Below are positions 39,254 to 51,600 of a DNA stretch of 64,000 nt, one piece after another (within the stretch, counting starts at the first letter, position 1; each line of letters opens with the position of its first letter). Below the pieces are notes generated by a model. The model was not told the origin of the DNA, ran no database searches, and was given only the letters and a program-made list of their open reading frames with translations. Source of the stretch: an uncultured Holophagales bacterium (GTDB taxonomy: Bacteria > Acidobacteriota > Thermoanaerobaculia > Multivoradales > UBA5704); assembly GCA_963842525.1 (NCBI GenBank), contig CAWJGT010000019.1, positions 448,001-512,000 on the forward strand. The letters are read 5' to 3'. The position numbers and the translations under genes were made by a program.

Positions 39254-42200
39254 CGGACGACGTGAACGGGGGCCTCGATAGCGGCCTGGACATCGCGGTC
39301 ATCAGCATGGCCGGGCGCTTTCCCGGCGCGCCGGACCTCGAACGTTTCTGGGAGATGCTGCGCGACGGCCGCGAGGGGATCTCCTTTTACTCCGAGGAAG
39401 AGATCCTGGCCCGCGGCGCCGACCCGGCGCGGGTGGCGATCGCCTCCTTCGTCCGCGCCGGCGCGCAGCTCCCCGACGTCGACCTCTTCGATGCCGGCTT
39501 CTTCGGCTTCTCGCCGCGCGAGGCCGAGCAGATGGACCCGCAGCAGCGGTTCTTCCTGGAGTGCGCCTGGGAGGTGCTGGAGCGGGCCGGCTACGACCCC
39601 GAGCGCTACCCGGGCCTGATCGGCGTCTACGCGGGCAGCGGCACCAACGAATATCTGCTGTTCCACCTGCTGCGCCACCTGACCGACCTCTCCAACGTCC
39701 TGCAGCTCACGATCGGCAACGAGAAGGACTTCCTGGCCACCCGCGTCTCCTACGAGCTGGACCTGAAGGGGCCGAGCATCAACGTCCAGACCGGCTGCTC
39801 CAGCGCCCTGGTGGCCGTCCACCTCGCCTGCCAGTCTCTCCTCGGCTACCAGTGCGACATGGCGCTCGCGGGCGGCATCTCGCTCCAGATGCCGGACGCT
39901 CCCGGCTACCTCTTCGAGCCGGGCGGCATCCTGTCGCCGGACGGGCACTGCCGCGCCTTCTCGGCAGAGGCCCAGGGCGCGGTCGCGGCCAGCGGCGTGG
40001 GGATCGTGGTCCTGAAGCGCCTGGCCGACGCGCTCGCCGACGGCGACACGATCCATGCCGTGATCAAGGGCTCGGCCCTCAACAACGACGGCGCGTCGAA
40101 GATCGGCTATACCGCGCCGAGCATCGAGGGGCAGGCACGGGTGATCGACATGGCGCAGGCCGCGGCGGCGGTCGATCCACGCTCGATCACCTTCGTCGAA
40201 GGGCACGGCAGCGGCACTCCGCTCGGCGACCCGATCGAGATGGCGGCGCTCACCCGCGCCTTCCGCGCCGGCACGGCGGACCGCGGCTTCTGTGCCCTGG
40301 GCTCGGTCAAGACCAACATCGGCCACTGCGACACCGCGGCCGGGGTCGCCGGCCTGATCAAGACCGTGCTCGCCCTGAAGCACCGCCAGATCCCGCCGAC
40401 GCTGCACTTCGAGCGGCCCAACCCGCAGCTCGACTTGGAAAGCAGCCCGTTCTACGTCAACGCCCGGCTGATCGACTGGCCGGCGGGCTCCACTCCGCGC
40501 CGCGCCGGGGTCAGCTCGTTCGGCATCGGCGGCACCAACGCCCACGTGATCGTCGAGGAGGCGCCCCTCCAGACGCCGGCCGATTCTTCCAGCGCGGACC
40601 GTGCCTGGGACCTCCTCGTCCTTTCGGCGCGCAGTGAGGAGGCCCTGGAACGGGCGACGGACAACCTCGCGGAGCACCTGGAGCGCCACCCCGGCGCGAG
40701 CCTGTCCGACGTGGCCTGGACCCTCCAGGCGGGGCGCCGCCGCTTCGCCTGGCGCCGTACGCTGGCCTGTCCGGGCGGTGATGTGTCCGAGGCGGCGCGT
40801 GCTCTGCGGGAGCGCGATCCGCGCCGGCTGCTCTCTGCCTCGGAGGAGGCGGTGGACCGTCCGGTCGCCTTCCTTTTCCCGGGGCTGGGCGATCACTACC
40901 CGGGCATGGCCGCCGGGCTCTATCGCGACGAGCCGGTCTTCCGCCGCGAGATCGACCGCTGCGCCGACGTCCTGGCGCCGCTCCTCGGCCTCGACCTCCG
41001 CCAGGTGCTCTTCCCCACGACGGAAGCCGAGGAGCCTGCGGGGATCGACCTGCGGGCCATGCTCGGCCGCCGCGATCCGCTCGCCGGCTCGCCCCTGGTC
41101 CGCACGGCCGTGGCCCAGCCGGCGACGTTCGCCGTCGAATACGCCCTGGCGCGCCTCTGGGAGAGCTGGGGGATCCGCCCGGCGGCGATGCTCGGCTACA
41201 GCCTGGGCGAGTACGTAGCGGCTGCCATGGCCGGCGTCTTCACACCCGAGGACGCCCTGCGGGTGGTCGCCGAGCGGGCGCGGCTCATTGAAGAGCTGCC
41301 GGCCGGCGCCATGCTCGCCGTGCCGCTGCCCGAGGCGGAGACCACGGAGCTGCTCGGCCGCCGGCTCTCGATCGCGGCTCTCAACGGCCCCGGGGTGACC
41401 GTGGTGGCCGGCCCGCCGGAGGAGGTGGAAGGGCTCGCGCGTATCCTCGAAGGCCGCGGCCTGGCCGCGCGCCCGCTGCCGACCACGCACGCCTTCCACT
41501 CCTGGATGATGGAGCCGGTCGCCGGCGCGGTGCGCGAGCTGCTGGCGAGCGTACGGCTGCATGCGCCGTCGCTCCCCTATGTCTCGGACGTGACCGGCGG
41601 CTGGATCACCGCCGCGGAGACGACCGATCCGGAGTATTGGGTCGCGCACCTCCTGCGGCCGGTGCGCTTCGCCGCCGGGCTCGCCGAGGTCTGGCGCGAG
41701 CCGGCGACCGCCCTTCTGGAGGTCGGCCCCGGCCAGAGCCTGGGGAGTCTGGCCGTGCAACACACCGCCGATCGGAACCGGGTCGTCGTGCCATCCCTGC
41801 GCGGTTCCTGGGAGAAGCAGCCGGACGGCGCCTTCCTGCTTGCCGCGCTCGGCAAGCTCTGGCTGGCCGGCCGCCGGGTCGACTGGGCCGGCTTCCATGC
41901 GGGGGAACGCCGCCGCCGCATCCCCCTGCCCACCTACCCCTTCGAGCGCAAGAGCTACTGGGTCGGTGGCGCGCGACGCTCCGGTCCGGCGCCGGTGCCG
42001 CTGTGGGCCGTCGCGGACCAGCCTGCCCCGGCAGCCGAGCCCGCGCTGGCGGCGGCGCCGGCAGCCCGGCATACGCGCCCAACACTGCGCAACGCCTTCG
42101 TGCCTCCCGGCACCGAGCTGGAGCGCGCATTGGCGTCGCTCTGGGAGCGGCTGCTGGGGATCGAAGGGATCGGCCTGCACGACAACTTCTTCGAGCTCGG

Positions 42201-45200
42201 CGGACATTCACTTCTCGGCACCCAGCTCGTTAATTTGGCGCGCGAGGTGCTGGGCGCGGACCTGCCGCTGGAGGCGCTCTTCGCGACGCCCACCGTGGCC
42301 GGCATGGCCGCGGCCGTCGCGGCGGCTCGCACCGGCTCGGCCGGCCAGGCGCCGCAGCTCGTACCGGTCGGGCGCAGTGAGCGGAAGGGTGACCTGCCGC
42401 TCTCCTTCGCGCAGTCGCGGATGTGGTTCCTGCACCAGCTTGCCCCGGGCTCGCCGGTCTACAACATCCCCTTTGCCGTCCGGCTGGCCGGCGCGCTCGA
42501 CCCGGCGGCCCTGACCGCCGCGGTGCGGGAGGTCGTGCGCCGGCACGAGGCCCTGCGCACCACCTTCCACGACGTGGGAGGCCGCCCTGCGCAGGCGATT
42601 GCGCCGCCGGAGGCTGCCGTGTCGCAGGTCGTGCCGGTGATCGACCTCGGGGCGCTCCCCGCCGGAGCGCGCGAGGCCGAGCTGCGGCGGCTCGGCGCCG
42701 AGAGCGCCGGGCTCCCCTTCGACCTGGCGCGCGGGCCGCTGCTCCGGCTCGGGCTCGTCCGCCTGGAGGGAAGGGACCACGCCCTGCTGCTCAACATGCA
42801 TCACATCATCTCGGACGGCTGGTCGATGGGCGTCTTCGTCGGCGAGCTGGCGGCGCTCTACGAGGATCTGCGCTCCGGCCGGCCACCTTCCCTGCCCGCG
42901 CTGCCGATCCAGTACGCCGACTTCGCGGACTGGCAGAGCCGCTGGCTCTCCGGCGAGGTCCTGGAACGCCATCTGGCCTGGTGGCGCGGGCGGCTGGAGG
43001 GGAAGCCCGCGACGACCGAGCTGCCGTTCGACCGGCCCCGGAGCGAGGCCGGCGCCGCCCTGCGCGCCGTGGCCGGCAAGCGCCGCCTCGTCGTGCCCGC
43101 CGGGCTGACCTCGGCGCTGCGCGCCCTCGCCGAGCGCGAAGGGGTGACGCCGTACATCGTCCTCCTCGCGGCGTTCGACGCCGTGCTCGCCCGGTATGGA
43201 CGGCAGGACGACATCTCGGTCGGGACGCCGACCGCCAACCGCACCCGCGCCGAGGTCGCTGGGCTGATCGGCTTCTTCGTCAACACCCTGGTGCTGCGGG
43301 TCGATCTTGCGGGCGATCCGACCTTCCGCGAGCTGGTCGGCCGCGCGGGGGAGGCGGCCCTCGGCGCCTTCGCGCACCAGGACCTCCCCTTCGAGAAGCT
43401 GGTCGAGGAGCTGCACCCCGAGCGCGCGCTGACGGTCACCCCCCTGTTCCAGGTGATGTTCTCCTACCAGAACGCGCCGCTGCCGCGGATCGAGCTGCCG
43501 GGCCTGACCCTCTCCGGCGTCGAGTCCGACACGGCGACCGCGATGTTCGACCTCACCCTGACGACCGGGGAAATCGGGGCCGGCCCCGACGCGGGCGGCC
43601 TGCGGCTGACCCTCGAATACGCGAGCGCGCTGTTCGAGGCCGCGACCGCGGAGCGCATGCTCGGTCACTTCGCGCACCTGCTCGCCGCGGCGGTGGCCGA
43701 GCCCGGCCGGCGCCTCTCCGCCCTCCCGCTCTGCTCCGAGGCCGAGCTCTTCCAGCTCCTGGCCGAATGGAACGACACGGAGGCGGACGCGCCGGATGTC
43801 CTCCTGGCCCACCAGCTCGTGGCCGCCCGGGCCGCGGCCGACCCGGAGGCCCTCGCCGTGGCGGGTGGCGGCGAGCGCCTGAGCTATGGAGAGCTGGATG
43901 CGCGGGCCGGCCGGCTGGCATGCCACCTGCGTGAGCTGGGGATCGGGCGGGAGGCCGCTGTCACGGTCTGTCTCGAGCGCTCTCCCGCCTTGTTGGTGGC
44001 CATGCTTGCCGTCCTGAAGACAGGCGGCGCCTACCTGCCGCTCGACCCGGCCTATCCGCCGGAGCGGCTCGCCGGCATCCTGGCCGAGGCCGCGGCGCCG
44101 CTCGTCCTCACCCGCGAAGGGCTGCGCGATCGCCTGCCTGTGGAAGTGTCCGGCGCCCGGGTGCTCGCCCTGGACTCTCTTGATCTTCCCCCCTCTCCCG
44201 GTGGATCGGGAGTGCGGATGGGAGAGGGGGGCCAGGGGGGTGACGGCCTCGCCTACGTCATCTACACCTCGGGCTCGACCGGCGTGCCCAAGGGGATCGA
44301 GGTGACGCACGGCTCGCTGCGCAACCTGATCACCTGGCACCACGGCGTCTACGGAATCCGTCCCGGCGACCGGGCGGCGCTGATCGCCGGTCCGGGGTTC
44401 GACGCCTCGGTCATGGAGATCTGGCCGCTCCTCGCGGCCGGAGCGAGCATTCACGTGCCGGACGACGAGACGCGGATCGCGCCCCGGCGGCTCCTCGACT
44501 GGCTCGTGCGCGAGCGGATCACCCTCTGTTTCCTGCCGACGCCGCTGGCCGAGCTGGTGCTGCGCGAGGAGATGCCGGCTGGCCTGGCGCTGCGGGCGCT
44601 GTTCACCGGCGGCGACAAGCTGATGCGCGGGCCGCGGCCGGGCCTGCCGTTCCCGGTCTATGACCACTACGGGCCGGCCGAATGCACGGTGGTGACCACC
44701 TGGACACCCGCCCCGCCGGACCCGGCCGCGCCCTCGATCGGAAGGCCGATCCGCAACGACCGCGTCTACCTGCTGGACCGCGACCTGGCGCCCGTCCCGC
44801 TCGGCGCGCCGGGCGAGCTGTTCTGCGGCGGCGGCGGCCTCGCCCGCGGCTACCGCCGGCGGCCCGACCTGACCGCCGAACGGTTCGTCCCCGACCCGTT
44901 CGCGCCGGGCGGGCGACTCTATCGCACGGGCGACCTCGCCCGCTTCCGGCCGGACGGCATGCTGGAGTTCCTCGGCCGCCTCGACGACCAGATCAAGGTC
45001 CGCGGCTTCCGCCTCGAGCTGGGCGAGGTGGAGGCGGCGATCACCCGCCATCCGGGCGTTGCGGCCTGCGCGGTGGTCGCCCGCCGGGATGACCGCGGCG
45101 ATGTGAGGCTGGCGGCCTACGTGGTCCCCGAAGCGGCGCTGGAAGAGCCCCCGATCCAACTAACCGGCTCCGATCTGCGCCGCGCCCTGCGCGCCCGCCT

Positions 45201-45669
45201 GCCCGAGCACATGGTGCCGGCGGTCGTTGTGCTGCTGGATGCCCTGCCGCTCACCCCGAACGGCAAGATCGACCGCCGGGCCCTGCCCGAGCCGCCCGCC
45301 GCCCAGGCCGCCGGCGCCGGCGGGCACGTCCCGCCGCGGACCGCGGTCGAGGAGGAGCTGGCCCGCATCTGGGCCGGGCTGCTGGCGCTGCCGTTCGACC
45401 GCGTGGGGGTGAACGACAACTTCTTCGACCTGGGCGGTCATTCGCTGCTGGCCACCCAGTGCGTCGCCCAGGTGCGGGAGCGCCTGGGTGCGGAGATCCA
45501 GCTCCAGAGCCTGTTCGGCAATGCGACTCTTGGTGAAATCGCCGACGCCATCGTCGAGGCCGAGCTGCGGCAGGTGGACCAGGACTCGCTGCGCGAGATA
45601 CTCGCCGACTTCCAGGGGCTGGACGAGGAGGCGCTGCAGGCCCTGCTGGCGGGAGAGGAGCCGCGTTGA
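39250..45669 (+). CDS. Hybrid PKS-NRPS gene 7: KS-AT-ACP-C-A(Leu-like?)-T
   Basis: ATGA overlap. KS VQTGCSS / EGHGSGT / IGHCDT; AT GYSLG and HAFH; no reductive domains; ACP GGHS; C HHIISDG; A code about DAMFFGHVV; T GGHS. Confidence 0.93.
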   Translation: MTDDVNGGLDSGLDIAVISMAGRFPGAPDLERFWEMLRDGREGISFYSEEEILARGADPARVAIASFVRAGAQLPDVDLFDAGFFGFSPREAEQMDPQQRFFLECAWEVLERAGYDPERYPGLIGVYAGSGTNEYLLFHLLRHLTDLSNVLQLTIGNEKDFLATRVSYELDLKGPSINVQTGCSSALVAVHLACQSLLGYQCDMALAGGISLQMPDAPGYLFEPGGILSPDGHCRAFSAEAQGAVAASGVGIVVLKRLADALADGDTIHAVIKGSALNNDGASKIGYTAPSIEGQARVIDMAQAAAAVDPRSITFVEGHGSGTPLGDPIEMAALTRAFRAGTADRGFCALGSVKTNIGHCDTAAGVAGLIKTVLALKHRQIPPTLHFERPNPQLDLESSPFYVNARLIDWPAGSTPRRAGVSSFGIGGTNAHVIVEEAPLQTPADSSSADRAWDLLVLSARSEEALERATDNLAEHLERHPGASLSDVAWTLQAGRRRFAWRRTLACPGGDVSEAARALRERDPRRLLSASEEAVDRPVAFLFPGLGDHYPGMAAGLYRDEPVFRREIDRCADVLAPLLGLDLRQVLFPTTEAEEPAGIDLRAMLGRRDPLAGSPLVRTAVAQPATFAVEYALARLWESWGIRPAAMLGYSLGEYVAAAMAGVFTPEDALRVVAERARLIEELPAGAMLAVPLPEAETTELLGRRLSIAALNGPGVTVVAGPPEEVEGLARILEGRGLAARPLPTTHAFHSWMMEPVAGAVRELLASVRLHAPSLPYVSDVTGGWITAAETTDPEYWVAHLLRPVRFAAGLAEVWREPATALLEVGPGQSLGSLAVQHTADRNRVVVPSLRGSWEKQPDGAFLLAALGKLWLAGRRVDWAGFHAGERRRRIPLPTYPFERKSYWVGGARRSGPAPVPLWAVADQPAPAAEPALAAAPAARHTRPTLRNAFVPPGTELERALASLWERLLGIEGIGLHDNFFELGGHSLLGTQLVNLAREVLGADLPLEALFATPTVAGMAAAVAAARTGSAGQAPQLVPVGRSERKGDLPLSFAQSRMWFLHQLAPGSPVYNIPFAVRLAGALDPAALTAAVREVVRRHEALRTTFHDVGGRPAQAIAPPEAAVSQVVPVIDLGALPAGAREAELRRLGAESAGLPFDLARGPLLRLGLVRLEGRDHALLLNMHHIISDGWSMGVFVGELAALYEDLRSGRPPSLPALPIQYADFADWQSRWLSGEVLERHLAWWRGRLEGKPATTELPFDRPRSEAGAALRAVAGKRRLVVPAGLTSALRALAEREGVTPYIVLLAAFDAVLARYGRQDDISVGTPTANRTRAEVAGLIGFFVNTLVLRVDLAGDPTFRELVGRAGEAALGAFAHQDLPFEKLVEELHPERALTVTPLFQVMFSYQNAPLPRIELPGLTLSGVESDTATAMFDLTLTTGEIGAGPDAGGLRLTLEYASALFEAATAERMLGHFAHLLAAAVAEPGRRLSALPLCSEAELFQLLAEWNDTEADAPDVLLAHQLVAARAAADPEALAVAGGGERLSYGELDARAGRLACHLRELGIGREAAVTVCLERSPALLVAMLAVLKTGGAYLPLDPAYPPERLAGILAEAAAPLVLTREGLRDRLPVEVSGARVLALDSLDLPPSPGGSGVRMGEGGQGGDGLAYVIYTSGSTGVPKGIEVTHGSLRNLITWHHGVYGIRPGDRAALIAGPGFDASVMEIWPLLAAGASIHVPDDETRIAPRRLLDWLVRERITLCFLPTPLAELVLREEMPAGLALRALFTGGDKLMRGPRPGLPFPVYDHYGPAECTVVTTWTPAPPDPAAPSIGRPIRNDRVYLLDRDLAPVPLGAPGELFCGGGGLARGYRRRPDLTAERFVPDPFAPGGRLYRTGDLARFRPDGMLEFLGRLDDQIKVRGFRLELGEVEAAITRHPGVAACAVVARRDDRGDVRLAAYVVPEAALEEPPIQLTGSDLRRALRARLPEHMVPAVVVLLDALPLTPNGKIDRRALPEPPAAQAAGAGGHVPPRTAVEEELARIWAGLLALPFDRVGVNDNFFDLGGHSLLATQCVAQVRERLGAEIQLQSLFGNATLGEIADAIVEAELRQVDQDSLREILADFQGLDEEALQALLAGEEPR
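44186..44246. repeat. Family-1 half element just before the A3 motif (gene 7)
   Basis: TTCCCCCCTCTCCCGGTGGATCGGGAGTGCGGATGGGAGAGGGGGGCCAGGGGGGTGA; matches the right arm at about 60170-60222. Confidence 0.88.
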
Positions 45670-48600
45670 GCGAACGGCCGGGACCCGCAGTCGCCATCGA
45701 GGAGGCGCTCGCCGGGCTCTCGCGGGAGGAGAAGGCCCTGCTCTTCGAACGGCTGCGCAAGCGGGAGAAGCCCGGCGGGCGGGACTCCGCGATCCCGCGC
45801 CGCCGGCCGGGCGTGGGGCCCCTTCCTCTCTCCTTCGCGCAGGAGCGCCTCTGGTTCCTCGACCGGCTGCAGCCCGGCGACCTCTACAACGTTCCCTACG
45901 CGCTCTCGATCCGCGGCAACCTGGAGCCGGCCGCGCTGGCCGCCGCTCTCGGCGGGGTCGTGCGGCGCCACGAGGTGCTGCGCACCACCTTCGGCGAGCG
46001 CGACGGCCAGCCGGTGCAGGTCATTGCCCCGCCCGGCCCCTGGCGGCTGCCGCTCGTCGACCTCGCCGGGCTCCCCGCGGCGCAGCTCGACGAGGAGCTG
46101 GCACGGCTCGCGGCCTGGGAGGCGCGGCGGCCGTTCGACCTCGCGGCCGGCCCCCTGCTGCGCACCACTCTTGTGCGTACCGCCGCGGCCGAGCACACGC
46201 TGCTGCTCGTCCTGCACCACATCGTCGCCGACGCCTGGTCCATGACGGTGCTGGTGCACGAGACCGCGGAGCTGTACCGCGCCGCGTCAATGGGGCAGGC
46301 CCCGATGCTTCCCGAGCTGCCGATCCAGTACGCGGACTTCGCGCTCTGGCAGCGCTCCTGGCTGCAGGGAGAGGTGCTGGAGCGCCAGTTGGCGTATTGG
46401 CGGAGCCGCCTCGCGGACGCCCCGGCGGCGCTCGACCTGCCCTTCGACCGGCCGCGGCCGGCCGTGCCGAGCTTCCGCGGCGCCGCGCGGACGATCGCCC
46501 TGCCGCCCGCCCTTGCGGCCGGCCTGCGCCAGCTCGCGCGGGACGAGCGCCTGACCCTGTTCATGGCCCTGCTCGCGCCGCTCCAGGGCCTGCTCGCGCG
46601 GCTCGCTGGCGTCGACGACGTCGTGGTCGGCACGACCGTGACCGGCCGCGACCGCCGCGAGCTCCAGGGGCTGATCGGCTTCTTCATCAACACGCTGGCC
46701 CTGCGCACCGACCTCTCCGGAGACCCGGACGGCCGCGAGCTGCTGGGCCGGGCGCGCCAGACCACCCTGGACGCGTTCAGCCATCAGGACCTGCCGTTCG
46801 AGAAGGTGGTCGGCGAGCTGAGCCTGCCGCGCGATCCCTACCGGCCGCCGCTGCTCCGGGTGCTTCTGCAGCTCCTGGCCCATCCCGAGGGCGGCCTGGA
46901 CATCCCCGGGCTGACGCTCGCGCCCCACGGCCTCGACCGCGAGACGGTCAAGCTCGACCTGATCCTGAACGTCCACGACTACCCGGGCGGCGTGCTGACG
47001 GAGTGGCTCTACGACACCGACCTGTTCGACGCCTCCACGGTGGCACGCCTGGCCGGCAGCTTCCTCACCCTGCTCGAAGGCTGGGTCGAGGACCCCGCGC
47101 GACGGCTCTCCGACCTGCCGCTGCTGACCGCGGCACAACGCCACCAGCTTCTCGTGGAATGGAACCCGGGTCCGGCAGGGGAGCCCGCCTGGGGTTGCCG
47201 GGGCTGCCTGCACCGGCTCTTCGCCCACCAGGCGGAGCGGACGCCGGATGCGCCGGCCGTCTCGATGGGAGGTGGACGGAGGACGTACCGGGAGCTGGAC
47301 GAGTCCTCCAACCGCCTCGCCCGGCACCTGCTCGCCGCCGGGATGCGGCCGGGCGATCGTGTCGCCCTTTTCCTCGACCGCTCGCTGGACATGGTGGAGG
47401 CGATCATGGCCGTCCTCAAGGCGGGCGCCGCCTACCTGCCGCTCGATCCGGCCTACCCTCGCGAGCGGATCGCCTTCGCCCTGGAGGACAGCGGAGCCGC
47501 GCTCGTCCTCACCGTCGCGGCGCGCTCCCCGGAGTTGCCGGAGATCCCAGAAAACACCGCGCGGGTGCTCGTCCTCGACCGCGAGCGCGACGCCATCGCC
47601 CACCGCAGCAGCGGGCCGGTCGAGGCCGCGGCCGATCCGGAGCTGCCGGCCTACGTCATCTACACCTCCGGCTCGACCGGCCGCCCCAAGGGGGTGGTGG
47701 TGCCGCACGGCAACGTCACCCGGCTCTTCACCGCCACCGCGCCCTGGTTCGGCTTCGGCCCGCAGGACGTTTGGACCCTCTTCCACTCCTATGCCTTCGA
47801 CTTCTCGGTCTGGGAGATCTGGGGGGCGCTCCTCCATGGCGGCCGGCTGGTCGTGGTGCCGTACTGGGAGAGCCGCGCGCCCGAGGCCTTCTACAAGCTG
47901 CTGCGCGATGAGCGGGTGACGGTGCTGAATCAAACGCCATCGGCTTTCCGGCAGCTTTTGTGGGCGGAGGAGGCGGTGGGACCTCACCCCCTGTCCCCCT
48001 CTCCCATCTCCCACCCACCCTATCCCCGGGAGAGGGGGGACGTTGCTCAGGCGATTCCAGCGAGCCCGGGCACGGGTGCCCTGGATGCGTCCCCCCTCTC
48101 CCGGCGGGGGGTGGAAGGGAGATGGGAGAAGGGGCTAGGGGGTGAGGACACGCTCTCTCTGCGCTTCGTGATCTTCGGCGGCGAGGCGCTGGAGCCGGCG
48201 ATGCTCCGGCCCTGGTTCGACCGCCATGGCGACGAACGGCCACGGTTGGTCAATATGTACGGCATCACCGAGACCACGGTCCACGTCACGTACCGGCCGC
48301 TCGGGCGGGAGGACAGGAGGAGCGTCGTGGGCCGGCCGATCCCCGACCTGACGCTCCACGTGCTCGACCGCAGCCTCCAGCCGCAGCCGCTCGGGGTGGC
48401 AGGGGAGATCTGCGTCGGCGGGGAAGGGCTCGCCCACGGCTACCTGGGGCGGCCGGCGCTGGCCGCCGAGCGCTTCGTCCCCGATCCCTTCGGGGTTCTC
48501 CGGGGCGAAGCGGGCGCGCGGCTCTACCGTTCGGGCGACCTGGCGCGGCGACTGGTGGACGGCGACCTGGAATACCTGGGCCGCGTCGACCACCAGGTCA

Positions 48601-51600
48601 AGATCCGCGGCTTCCGCATCGAGCTGGGGGAGATCGAGGCGGCGCTGACGCGCCATCCGGCCGTGGGCGAGGCCGTGGTCCTGGCGCGCCGGGATGCCGG
48701 CCACGGCGAGGATCGCCTGGTGGCCTACGTGACCGCCGGGCCGCAGCCCTCTCCCGCCCTGCCGGAGCTGCGGGCCTTCCTCGCCGGGAGCCTCCCCGAC
48801 TACATGCTCCCCGCGGCCCTGGTGGTCCTCGACCGCCTGCCGCTGACGGCCAACGGCAAGGTCGACCGCCGTGCCCTGCCCGCTCCGGAGGCCGTGTCCA
48901 CGGCCAGTCGCGAGCAGGTGCCGCCGCGCGACGCGTTGGGGCACGCCCTGGCCGGTCTCGTCCGCGAGGTCCTGGCGATCCCGGCCGAGCAGGAGACCGG
49001 CGTTTTCGACGACTTCTTCGAGCTGGGCGGGACATCGATCACAGGTGCCATCTTCATCAACCGGCTCCAGGAGACGTTGGAGGAGATCGTCCAGGTGGTG
49101 GTGATCTTCGACTATCCCACGGTCGATGCCCTGGCCGGCTATGTCCGGCACGAGCACCCGAAGGCCGTGGCGCGGCTCTGGCCTGCGGCTCTGGAGCCGG
49201 TCGACGAGACGAAGCCGGCCCGGTTCCGTGGCCTCGTCCGCCCCGTCGCCCATATCGCCGAGGATTGGTCCGCCATCCAGCCGGCGGGCTGGCGCGAGGG
49301 CGAGCCCATCCCCCTGTCGTCCGCCCAGGAGAGGCTGTGGTTCCTCGACCGGCTCGCCCCCGGCTCGCCGGTCTACAACATCTCTACCCCCCTGCGGCTG
49401 AGCGGGCCCTTGCGAGTCCCGGCCGTGGCCGCGAGCTTGCGCGAGATCCTGCGCCGTCACATGGCATTGCGCACGCGCTTCGTGGCGCTCGGCGGCGTGC
49501 CGCACCAGGTCGTGGACCCCGTTCCGGAAGACGTCCTCCCGGTGGTCGACCTCGCGGGGCTGCCGGAACCGCTCCGCGAGGGCGAGGCCCAGCGTCTCGC
49601 GGCGGCCGACGCGGTCCGGCCGTTCGATCTGGCGCGCGGGCCGATGCTACGCACCCTCCTGCTGCGGCTCGGCCCAGAGGAACACGTCTCCCTTGTGGCA
49701 ATGCACCACATCGCCTCGGACGGCTGGTCCATGGGCGTGTTGATCCGCGAGCTGGCGGTTCTCTATGGCGCGTTGGCGCAGGGCCGGCCTTCGTCCCTGC
49801 CGGAGCCGGCCATCCAGTACGCCGACTTCGCCGTCTGGCAGCGGCGGTGGCTCCAGGGCGAACGGCTGGAGCGCGAGATCGCCTACTGGCGGGAGGCGCT
49901 GGCCGGCGCGCCGGTGCTCGACCTGCCGGTCGACCGGCCGCGACCGCCGGTGCAGACCTTCCGCGGCGCCCAGTTGGGATTCCACGTGCCGGCCGAGGTG
50001 GCCGCCGCGTTCGCCGCGGCCGGCCGGAGGGAGCGGGCGAGCCTGTTCATGACGCTGCTGGCGGGCTTCGCCGTTCTCCTCTCCCGGTACGCGGGCCAGG
50101 ACGACGTCTCCGTGGGCTCGCCGGTCGCCAACCGCACGCGGAGCGAGATCGAGGGGCTGATCGGGTTCTTCGTCAACACCCTGGTGCTGCGCACGGACCT
50201 CTCCGGCGATCCCTCGTTCGGCGAGCTCCTGGGCCGGGTGCAGCGTACGGCGGTGGGGGCCTTCGCCCACCAGGAGGTGCCCTTCGAGAAGATCGTGGAG
50301 GAGCTGCAACCGAAGCGCGACCTGTCGCGCTCGCCGCTCTTCCAGGTGATGCTCACGCTCCAGAACGCCTCGTCCGAGAAGCTGGAGCTGCCGGACCTGA
50401 CCCTGAGCCCTCTCGAGGGCGGCGGGACCACGGTGGCGAAGTTCGACCTGACGCTCGCCCTCTTCGAGGCACCGGACGGCCTGGCCGGGAGCTTCGAATA
50501 CAACACCGACCTCTTCGACGCCGCGACGATCGGCCGGCTCGCACGGTGCTTCCAAACGCTGCTGGCCGCGGCCGCGGTGTCGCCGGAGCCGGTTTCGGAG
50601 CTGCCGCTGCTGAGCGATGCGGAACGGCGCCAGCTCCTGGAGCGGGGCAGGGCGGAATCGTCCGGAGGCATCGTCTGCCTCCACGAACGCTTTGCGCAGC
50701 AGGCGCGGGAGGCGCCGGCGGCCCCGGCGATCACCTTCGCGGGTGCGACCCTGAGCTATGCCGAGCTGAATCGGCGGGCGAACCGGCTGGCTCATGCGCT
50801 ACGTGCGCGCGGGATCGGCCCCGGCGACCTCGTGGGCCTCTCCCTGGAGCGCTCGCTCGACCTGGTGGTCGCGATCCTGGGCGTGCTCAAGTCCGGAGCT
50901 GCCTATGTGCCGATCGATCCGGACTCCCCGGCCGAAAGGACCGCCTGGATCCTGGCCGACAGCCGGGTCGCGCTGCTGCTGACCGACAGCACGTTGGCCG
51001 AGGCGGATAAGACTGCTGATCGGGACGACGACCAGGTGCCGTGGTCCGCTCCGGAGGATCCGGCCTACGTCATCTACACCTCGGGCTCGACCGGGAAGCC
51101 CAAGGGCGTCGTGGTCACCCACGCCAACGTGGCGCGCCTGTTCGCATCGACCGAGGGCTGGTTCGGCTTTGGTCCTGAGGATGTCTGGACGCTGTTCCAC
51201 TCCACGGCCTTCGACTTCTCGGTCTGGGAGATCTGGGGCGCTCTGCTCTACGGCGGGCGCCTGGTGGTGGTGCCGTACTGGGTCAGCCGTTCGCCGCAGG
51301 ACTTCTACCGCCTGCTGGTGACGGAGCGGGTGACGGTGCTCAACCAGACGCCGTCGGCCTTCCGCCAGCTCCTCTGGGCGGAGGAGTCGGTGCTCGACGG
51401 CGGCCCCCCCGACCTGGCTTTGCGCTGCGTCATCTTCGGCGGCGAGGCCCTGGAGCTGTCGAGCCTGGCCCCCTGGTTCGCCCGCCATGGAGACCACCGT
51501 CCCGAGCTGGTCAACATGTACGGCATCACCGAGACCACGGTCCACGTCACCTGGCGTCCGCTGCGGCAGGAAGACACGGCACGAGGAAGCGTCGTGGGCC

